The translations under genes were made by a program, and so were the position numbers. The notes below the pieces were generated by a model. The model saw only the letters and a program-made list of their open reading frames with translations. It had not been told where the DNA came from and ran no database searches. 64,000 nucleotides of DNA, from positions 124,001 to 188,000 of the IMG/VR virus record IMGVR_UViG_3300044645_002359. The stretch is one strand, 5' to 3'. Positions 57,338-64,000 of this stretch are shown here, piece after piece. The first letter of the stretch is position 1. Each line of letters opens with the position of its first letter.

Positions 57338-58096
57338 TTAAAAGTCTAGAGCTAGATCTTCTGGACCCTGCTTTGAGAAAGAACCAAAAAGTTCAGAAGG
57401 TGTTTCATAACCTTCGCTCCCTTTTGACCTATTAGCTGAAGCACAGACGAGGGAAAATCTGGCTTTAGCCTCGTGATACAACTTCCAATCTTTCCACAGA
57501 ATCTCATCTTTGAATTTCTTGGCAGTAGGTGGCCCAGTTAGAGAAACATCCGTATAGGTTAAAGAATTTAACTTTATAAAAGAATCGGCAATTTCCGCGA
57601 AAGAAAGCCCTACATGGTCAACGTCGGTTCTCATGCCTCTTCGAATGCTCTTTCCTGTCAAGTAACAAGTTATTGGAAGGTTCAAAGACTCTCTAAAGTC
57701 CTTCAACTGAGATGAAACTCCATTCCTCATGGCAGCTTTCACGGCATTGTAATGCTTTTCTTCTAAACTCGCGCTTGTTGCTATCTTCTTAGCGGGGTAC
57801 AAAAAGTCTATCAACTTAGCCTTTGGGACGGGTTGCTTCGAGCCCCCTCGCTCAAGGCTTATCATTTTAACTTTTCTACCCCCTGCAATTTCTACATTCC
57901 TCAAGTAAACATTAACGTCTAGGTCGTTCGACAGTTTCGCCCACGTTGGAGAAAGACGGCAAGATCTCAGAACGAAGTCTCTGGGCTCACCGACCAACCT
58001 TGAATTTGCTCGATGGTTTTCAATTATTCTACTTAGTTTTTCCGTGTAGTCCTTCTTAGTTAGCCCAAGGGTGTCTTTTCCTATCGTGTTGCTCAT
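57338..58096 (-). CDS. Putative HNH-fold nuclease
   Basis: CYLTGK...DVDHVG...SLVCASANRSK; the only convincing minus-strand gene, preceded by a minus-strand GGGTAAA. Confidence 0.55.
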   Translation of the reverse strand: MSNTIGKDTLGLTKKDYTEKLSRIIENHRANSRLVGEPRDFVLRSCRLSPTWAKLSNDLDVNVYLRNVEIAGGRKVKMISLERGGSKQPVPKAKLIDFLYPAKKIATSASLEEKHYNAVKAAMRNGVSSQLKDFRESLNLPITCYLTGKSIRRGMRTDVDHVGLSFAEIADSFIKLNSLTYTDVSLTGPPTAKKFKDEILWKDWKLYHEAKARFSLVCASANRSKGSEGYETPSELFGSFSKQGPEDLALDF

Positions 58097-58171
58097 TTCA
58101 GTGGGTTGAATCTAATAAACTTTACCCGACTACAAGGAAGCTAGGATAAGGTCAACGGTAATTGACTCAAT

Positions 58172-58546
58172 GTGCTAGAAAAAACTTCGGTTATTCGTCA
58201 ACGGGGTGACCTGAAATACCTCCTTGGAACTGAAGTTGAGTGCTCGGGGAGGGTAAAAGAGCTTCGCCCCCACGAAAAGAGAAAAGATCTAGACTCAATT
58301 TGTTTAGTGAATGTCATTGTAACACCTTTACCATTCGGTGAATCCATATACGTAGACCACTTATGGATTTTGAGGCGCCAATTCAAAAAAGTCGGCAAAG
58401 TGCCTGAACAAAATGAAAGAGTGTATTTCACTGGCAAAGTTTACTCCTACAAAAGACTAGGAGGGAAATCAATCGACCGTGGATTATACGGAATAGAAGA
58501 TTACGGAGTTCTTCCTTTAATGTTGGGGAAAGTTCATGAAAATTGA
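58172..58546 (+). CDS. Hypothetical protein (possible OB-fold)
   Basis: 124 aa; VDHLW...VYFTGKVYSY. Confidence 0.5.
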   Translation: MLEKTSVIRQRGDLKYLLGTEVECSGRVKELRPHEKRKDLDSICLVNVIVTPLPFGESIYVDHLWILRRQFKKVGKVPEQNERVYFTGKVYSYKRLGGKSIDRGLYGIEDYGVLPLMLGKVHEN

Positions 58547-58772
58547 GATCAAGAGTCAAATTTTCGAGGGAAGAGAATACCTTGAGTTTCTCTTGCACGA
58601 TGGGCCAAATGAAAGAGAGAAGATAAGGGGTTACGCCACTGACCTTATCGTAGCGTTCACGAAAATCATTGAGTGGCACGAAAGGATAGAGTCGGAGTAC
58701 GGTAGTGGTGAGGGTATACCCTCTATGCCCGAGGGCTATAGTAAGATCGAAGCGGAACCACCGCCTTTGTAA
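58536..58772 (+). CDS. Hypothetical protein
   Basis: 78 aa overlapping upstream stop. Confidence 0.5.
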   Translation: MKIEIKSQIFEGREYLEFLLHDGPNEREKIRGYATDLIVAFTKIIEWHERIESEYGSGEGIPSMPEGYSKIEAEPPPL

Positions 58773-58785
58773 TCTTCATTAAACA

Positions 58786-59406
58786 GTGAAACCAACAGAG
58801 TTAGAGTTTAAAGAACTCAAGCAAAAGTCCTCAGAGTGGGCTGAACAACGACTGTCTGACCCTAAAACAGTAGTTATTGACTGTGAAACTACTGGGATCT
58901 TAAGAAACGATCCAAATACCGAAATCGTTCAACTTACAGTTACGAACGTTGCAGCCAGGCCTCTATTTTCAATGTTGATTAAGCCCGCTCAGCCAATGAG
59001 AGACGAGCTGGTAAATATCCATGGCATTTCCAACGAGATGGTGATGGATAGTCCCATTTTCCCTCAGGTAGCGAAGCTAATCTCGTTCATTCTCGAAGGT
59101 AAGCACGTTGTCGCATATAACGCTGACTTCGACGTTGCCCTCTTGGTTCATCTATATAAAAAGTACGACATACCCGCTCCGAAGTTCTCCGGGGCCAGTT
59201 GCTGCATGGACAGGTATTCCGAGTGGAAGGGTGAATGGAACGAAGGTAAGGAAGGAATCCGTTGGCAAAAACTTCCAAACTTGTCAGGTATGCCTGCTCA
59301 CGACGCACTGTCTGACTGCGTTTCCACTATTCGCGTAATGGAATTAATGGCCAGGGGAATTGACTTGGCTACCCTTGATTCTGAAGAAATTTCTCTAAAC
59401 TTTTGA
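58786..59406 (+). CDS. DEDDh 3'-5' exonuclease (DnaQ-like)
   Basis: ExoI VIDCETTG, ExoII YNADFD, ExoIII HDALSD. Confidence 0.92.
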   Translation: MKPTELEFKELKQKSSEWAEQRLSDPKTVVIDCETTGILRNDPNTEIVQLTVTNVAARPLFSMLIKPAQPMRDELVNIHGISNEMVMDSPIFPQVAKLISFILEGKHVVAYNADFDVALLVHLYKKYDIPAPKFSGASCCMDRYSEWKGEWNEGKEGIRWQKLPNLSGMPAHDALSDCVSTIRVMELMARGIDLATLDSEEISLNF

Positions 59407-59411
59407 TAACC

Positions 59412-59711
59412 ATGTTCGGTAAAATTACGATCACCTACGAGCCCCCCAACAATGACCCAGATGAGAGTAGGGTCTCTATGCAATTTTCTTCAGAGGCAGA
59501 CCTGAACGAAATTGTAAGGAACTTCGAGCGTTTCCTTCGAGTAATGGAGTACCCTCTAGATCAAGGTGATTCTCTCGAGGTTGTTTACGCAAAAGACTGC
59601 CCTGACACACCTGCGCACTTCACGGCTTTCCCTAGTCTCGGAAAAAACTGTTACCTCACTTTGACCGATGGTAGTCTGTATAACCTAACATCAAGAGATT
59701 CGGAGAGCTGA
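59412..59711 (+). CDS. Hypothetical protein
   Basis: LNEIVRNFERFLRVMEY helix motif common in small phage proteins. Confidence 0.55.
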   Translation: MFGKITITYEPPNNDPDESRVSMQFSSEADLNEIVRNFERFLRVMEYPLDQGDSLEVVYAKDCPDTPAHFTAFPSLGKNCYLTLTDGSLYNLTSRDSES

Positions 59712-59712
59712 G

Positions 59713-60555
59713 GTGGAAAACAATAATCCCTGGTTCATTGAAGGATCAAGTAAATCTCGTCTAGTTACCGTTACACCTCACGCAGAAGAGCATATTGCTT
59801 ATATCGCCAGAGTAACAAGCAAGAACCAAAGCAACCCTAAAATCTCAGGTTTGCTAAAGTACTGTGCAAAAGACGGACATTGGAGCGTTTTCGAGCAAGC
59901 TACCATGTCAGTAGAAGTTGTCACACCTTTGGCAATCTCAATTCAGGCACTGAGGCACCGGTCCTTTTGCTTTCAGCAATTTTCAGGAAGGTATGAAGAT
60001 CAGGGTTTCATGAGAAACTATACAGAAGATCTTTCCACCTACCAAGATCTGTTCTACATGCCCGAAGAAGCAAGGCTCCAAGACACCAAGAACCGTCAGA
60101 ATAGCTTCGTGGCAGATGACGCAAGTCTCACAGACTTTATGTGGTCTGAATTCGAGTTCGCCTACAAAGCTTCTATCACTGCCTACAATAATCTCCTTGG
60201 GCGCGGTATCGCTAAGGAACTAGCACGTTTTGTTCTTCCCGAGGGTGTGTATACTCGTCTCTACATTACCGGAAATGTGAGATCGTTCATTCACTACATT
60301 AACGTGAGAGACGATCATGGGGTGGCTCAGTGGGAACACGTAGAACTTGCAAGGGCTGTGCGTTCCGTGTTTGCAACCCAATTCCCCACTATTTACAGCT
60401 CTTTGTTCGACCCGCAAACGGGTAGTCTTTTATACAAAGACAAAGAGCACGAAGAGCAGATTGCCCAACTTCAAGGAGAAATTTCGGTCCTCCAAGACGA
60501 GATCACAGGCTTGAAAACTACTATTACCCTTCTTCAAAATCGACTGTCTAACTGA
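59713..60555 (+). CDS. thyX: Flavin-dependent thymidylate synthase
   Basis: GHWSVFEQ, RHRSFCFQQFSGRY (RHRx7S), KELARFVLP, QWEH. Confidence 0.95.
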   Translation: MENNNPWFIEGSSKSRLVTVTPHAEEHIAYIARVTSKNQSNPKISGLLKYCAKDGHWSVFEQATMSVEVVTPLAISIQALRHRSFCFQQFSGRYEDQGFMRNYTEDLSTYQDLFYMPEEARLQDTKNRQNSFVADDASLTDFMWSEFEFAYKASITAYNNLLGRGIAKELARFVLPEGVYTRLYITGNVRSFIHYINVRDDHGVAQWEHVELARAVRSVFATQFPTIYSSLFDPQTGSLLYKDKEHEEQIAQLQGEISVLQDEITGLKTTITLLQNRLSN

Positions 60556-60788
60556 TGAACAACCAAATTGCAAAAGGATTCTGGAAAATCGTTGAGGATT
60601 CTCCCCCTGTAGATAAAGAGTATTTGGTTGCGTTCCCTGATAGAGCAGGGAGCTACAATCTCATAGACTGCGACATTTGGCAGTTTAAATCTGGAGAATG
60701 GCGTAGCTTGTCAGACTCTAGGTTTCTAGAGGAAGAAGTTGGCCTACCGGCTTACTACATTGACATTCCTATGCCGAAAGCTGAGTAG
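60555..60788 (+). CDS. Small hypothetical protein
   Basis: 77 aa; W..VEDSPPVDKEYLV pattern. Confidence 0.5.
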   Translation: MNNQIAKGFWKIVEDSPPVDKEYLVAFPDRAGSYNLIDCDIWQFKSGEWRSLSDSRFLEEEVGLPAYYIDIPMPKAE

Positions 60789-60839
60789 TTTACGAAAGAC
60801 GGTAACTCCAATAATAAAAGGGTTACCGTTACAACCCTC

Positions 60840-61823
60840 ATGAGTGAAAGTCAACCCGCCCGCCCCAAACTCGAGTCTTACTTCAAACTTGACAGTGATC
60901 CTGCTCCTTTGGTGGTAGTTGACTTTCACGTATACTTACACGATGTGAAAAAGTGGTTCGAAGAAAAAGTTGAGGGGTCCGTCAGTAAAGAAGTAGAAGA
61001 CAAATTGATAAAAGGATGTTGGGCCTTGAAGATAAATCGAGGGCCGGATATGCTGCCTAGGCACGATTACCGTATTGTTGTTGTTGCAGATAGCAGATTT
61101 TCGGATACAGGTAATTACTGGCGCGACACTTTCATGAAACGATCTGCAGACGTGCAGTCGGCTTGGTTAGCTTTTGCGGAAAAAGAGGGGAAAGATCTAT
61201 CGGAAATCCCAACCCATTACAAGGGCACTCGTGGAGAGAAAACCGAGACGTTTTGGCGCATATTCAACATAGGTTGGGACTACGTCAACAAATACTATCC
61301 GGTTTTTTCTCAAGAAGGGTTTGAAGCGGACGATGTAGCAGGGGCTATATATCGCCTGTCTCGCAATAGCCCCCCAGGTTCTGTGGTACGAGAGAGGCAG
61401 ATTTTGCTTTCAACTTTAGACCGAGATTGGTCTCAATTGGTTGATGAAGACATGAATGTTTATTTCGCAAACACCCGTGTTCCCTTCCCTAACGAAAAGA
61501 TTCAGGAAAGATTAGTAGGCAATATAGGGGTTATTGAACATACGAAACATAGGATGGGTTACGACCTTGACCACCCGAAGAATTTGGCCGACTGGAAAGT
61601 TAAACATGGTGATTCATCTGACAATTTGCCACCAGGCTCTCCAAAATGTCTTTTCGACCTATGCGAACCCCATACAGAATACACTATAGAAAGAACTGCT
61701 TCCTGGTACCCTCAGCTTGAGGAGTGTTTGAATGACCCCTCTGCCAATATAAAAACTTTTCACTTTGATCAGGCTTACAAAGAATTCGCTAAAATTAGTA
61801 TTGACATACCGGTGAGGTTGTAA
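60840..61823 (+). CDS. 5'-3' exonuclease / flap endonuclease (T4 RNase H, T5 D15-like)
   Basis: VVVDF, VVADS, YKGTR, EGFEADDV, STLDRDWSQL, GDSSDNLP. Confidence 0.88.
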   Translation: MSESQPARPKLESYFKLDSDPAPLVVVDFHVYLHDVKKWFEEKVEGSVSKEVEDKLIKGCWALKINRGPDMLPRHDYRIVVVADSRFSDTGNYWRDTFMKRSADVQSAWLAFAEKEGKDLSEIPTHYKGTRGEKTETFWRIFNIGWDYVNKYYPVFSQEGFEADDVAGAIYRLSRNSPPGSVVRERQILLSTLDRDWSQLVDEDMNVYFANTRVPFPNEKIQERLVGNIGVIEHTKHRMGYDLDHPKNLADWKVKHGDSSDNLPPGSPKCLFDLCEPHTEYTIERTASWYPQLEECLNDPSANIKTFHFDQAYKEFAKISIDIPVRL

Positions 61824-61857
61824 AGCGGGTAAAACTAGGTAGAATGAATATGTACGG

Positions 61858-62529
61858 ATGCAATCCGACTCTGCCTACTTTGCTCAATGTAATCCGATGG
61901 CTCACCTTCTTATTGAAGTGTGTGGCGGAAATGCTGCGGCTATTCCTCAGCATTACCTTGATAATTTCCACCATGACTTTGCTGACGGGGATATCTCTCT
62001 GGTTCCAGCACTCTCTAAGCTTGATGACGAGGTAGACTTGAGCCCAGAAGAGCTTGATGAGACCCTGGAAGCATTGCAAAAAGTCAACCCGAACCACTGG
62101 CCCGCCGTTGACGTTATAGAAAACATAGACCCACACAGGCTTCTAAATTTATCTGGGGAATTTGAAAATCTCTCTGAAAACTTTGTTGAAGACAACCTCG
62201 GCACTGCGGAAAAAGTTGAAAGAGTTTTGAAGGGAGTGATTGAAAGTGTTTTCGGAGGTACTGTAAACAGTATTCGAGATCCCAAGGGCGAATATCCGTC
62301 AAGTTCAAACGACTTTTTACAGGAGGATGACGGTACCTTTTCAGGAACCTTTCAACATGAAGGCCATCACTTTCGCTTTGAGATAGCTCCCACCGAGCAA
62401 GGGTGGATCTGCACTTATCGCATGGAAGAATCCTCTCTCGACAAGATTCCTCAGATTGTGAAAGATGCGAAGAGGGACAATAAAGAATCTACGAAAGTTA
62501 AAAGTGTTCGCAGTCAGGGGTGGAAGTAA
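61858..62529 (+). CDS. Acidic hypothetical protein
   Basis: 223 aa after a GGGTAAA motif. Confidence 0.6.
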   Translation: MQSDSAYFAQCNPMAHLLIEVCGGNAAAIPQHYLDNFHHDFADGDISLVPALSKLDDEVDLSPEELDETLEALQKVNPNHWPAVDVIENIDPHRLLNLSGEFENLSENFVEDNLGTAEKVERVLKGVIESVFGGTVNSIRDPKGEYPSSSNDFLQEDDGTFSGTFQHEGHHFRFEIAPTEQGWICTYRMEESSLDKIPQIVKDAKRDNKESTKVKSVRSQGWK

Positions 62530-64000
62530 TGGCTTTTTCAGGTTCAATACCTCTTGTTTCCCTGGGGTCTGGCTCTTTAAGTGGCATAGCCGGGGGGCTA
62601 ATCAACAACCTAACTTCCTCGGCAATCAGTGTAGCTTTAAGCCCCAGGTTATCTGACCAGTGGGCGAATTCCTTAGGGCTAAACCCTCAGGCTCTAACAA
62701 ACTTTGTAGGAACCATTGCGACTCCGGGGCTAATCTCAGCAGGTGGTCAGGCCATCTCTCAGGCGCTGACCTCTTCGATTGTAAACTCGAAAGCTCTTGG
62801 GCCTGCAGGACCCTTGGTCCAAAACTTTGTGACCGGAGCGGCTAACAATTTAACCCAGGGTTTGCTCGGAAACATTTTTCCGCCAACAACGAGTAGCCCT
62901 ACGAAATTCTTCCCTGGCGCGGGGAATGAGCCTGAAGCTGATTACCAGGGGTTCACTTATAACCTCGGAACCAACGGCCCTGACGTTGTTTTCTCTCTTA
63001 AACCCGCTACGACTGGTGCTCAAGCCGAAGTGAAAGACCAAGTCTCTGGAAACGGTCCCGGCGGTGTTTCAACGTCTATACCAGCTGGTCAGAGTGTTCC
63101 GTCATCTAGTGGCGCTCCTGCCTCTTCTATCGGGGACTATTCAAAAGCCTTTCAAAACACTTCCAACACATTCCTGACTGACTTAAATCTTCAAGCTATC
63201 TCGGCAGGGTCAAGTAGCGGTATTCCGTTCGGTAGTCCGGACGCATTTAAGACTTTGTCTGCAGTCCCCTTGAACTTAACTTTTTCTGCAGTGGGACAAC
63301 CTTTCTCTTTAGACACATCTCAAAGTTCAGTTTGGAATTTTATCTGTGCCCCAGAAGAAATTTCGTGGTCCACTGCTGCTCAGGTTGATCGGGTTCCAAT
63401 TTTCGGTACCAACTACCCACCTGTAGTGTCTGGTAGCAGGGGAATGAGAGAGCTGAGCATGTCAAATGCCCTGGTTGAGGGGTTCACAAGAGGCAAGACC
63501 ATCGAAGGGAAAATATCCGACTTAGAAAATCTACTGAACTTCTCTCTTGATACGAAAAACGGGTATGTGAAAGTACCCGTGTACTGGATTTACGCGAACA
63601 ACAAGAGATACGGGGATGTTGACGGCGGTTGTTTCATTATCAAGGAGATGAAAGTTAAAGAGGAAATGAGAGACTTGACTGGTTTGTCGACTCGTGCCAA
63701 AGTAGATATATCTTTTTCTCAGGTTCCTCCATACCAAGTCGACGACGGTAGAGACATAGCGAGCAAGACAGTGTCGGGAACGACTTCGAGTCTGGGTGCA
63801 GTTGCTAACGTTCAGAGAGAAAGACCCATAAACATAGCCCCAACCACTGGAGCTAGTGGCAGAAGGGGGAGGCAAGGTAGCAGTGTGACGGGTAGTGCTA
63901 ATCAAGGTGTTTCTCCAACTGTGAAAATACTGGGGGTTCCCACAGGAGCGACTAATGTGAAAATTGATACGAATAAAAAGGGTGAATCTACGGTTAGATA
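62529..64000 (+). CDS. Tail tube initiator / P2 GpU-like baseplate protein, truncated by window end (not in ORF track)
   Basis: Open frame from ATG 62529 (MAFSGSIPLV...) with no stop seen; contains WNFICAPEEISWS...VPIFGTNYPPVVSGSRGMRELSM...IKEMKVKEEMRDLTGLSTRAKVDISFSQ. Confidence 0.6.
   Translation, partial: MAFSGSIPLVSLGSGSLSGIAGGLINNLTSSAISVALSPRLSDQWANSLGLNPQALTNFVGTIATPGLISAGGQAISQALTSSIVNSKALGPAGPLVQNFVTGAANNLTQGLLGNIFPPTTSSPTKFFPGAGNEPEADYQGFTYNLGTNGPDVVFSLKPATTGAQAEVKDQVSGNGPGGVSTSIPAGQSVPSSSGAPASSIGDYSKAFQNTSNTFLTDLNLQAISAGSSSGIPFGSPDAFKTLSAVPLNLTFSAVGQPFSLDTSQSSVWNFICAPEEISWSTAAQVDRVPIFGTNYPPVVSGSRGMRELSMSNALVEGFTRGKTIEGKISDLENLLNFSLDTKNGYVKVPVYWIYANNKRYGDVDGGCFIIKEMKVKEEMRDLTGLSTRAKVDISFSQVPPYQVDDGRDIASKTVSGTTSSLGAVANVQRERPINIAPTTGASGRRGRQGSSVTGSANQGVSPTVKILGVPTGATNVKIDTNKKGESTVR

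Larger units (their letters stand above)
4350..61833. promoter_or_regulatory. Recurrent late-promoter motif GGGTA(A/T)A (about 20 sites)
   Basis: Plus strand at 4350, 5955, 9296, 10788, 14419, 21879, 30468, 31371, 32186, 34566, 35491, 37362, 38127, 38861, 39549 (GGGTAAG), 41555, 46378, 50470, 61827; minus strand at 58121-58127; each lies ~10-90 nt before a start codon. Confidence 0.75.

Noticed and set aside
1-64000. Stop-codon reassignment
   Set aside because: Coding density is high under the standard code, and the only apparent gene breaks are explained by introns or one homopolymer.
1-64000. tRNA, rRNA, integrase or IS elements
   Set aside because: None recognised by eye; intergenic gaps are short. 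tRNAscan-SE would be needed to exclude tRNAs formally.

Overview
The window is a segment of a large contractile-tailed (myovirus-type) bacteriophage, probably infecting a cyanobacterium; host is inferred from gene content and promoter type. Nearly all genes are on the + strand. Order: giant tail sheath, gp25-like wedge, Mu-like portal, protease/scaffold, head-morphogenesis and decoration proteins, major capsid protein (MCP), tail tube, baseplate and neck genes, small terminase plus two tandem large-terminase paralogues, PhoH, a ~10 kb cluster of small late genes (31.4-41.5 kb), three large tail-fibre proteins with accessory genes, a short DNA-metabolism block (DnaQ-like exonuclease, ThyX, 5'-3' exonuclease) and a truncated tube-initiator-like gene. 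Features the ORF track misses: (1) the MCP gene is split into four exons by three group I introns, one exon being only 18 nt, and two introns carry HNH endonucleases; (2) a GGGTA(A/T)A motif resembling SigF/SigB-type -10 elements precedes about 20 late genes in the correct orientation; (3) several proteins of the 31-41 kb cluster share an N-terminal G-[SD]-F leader, and domains there often start after [FYH]-x-E motifs also abundant in the protease/scaffold. This suggests a capsid-loaded, protease-matured effector system that includes a Ser/Thr-kinase-like and an HNH-like protein sharing a 4-Cys motif; (4) the large terminase is duplicated.
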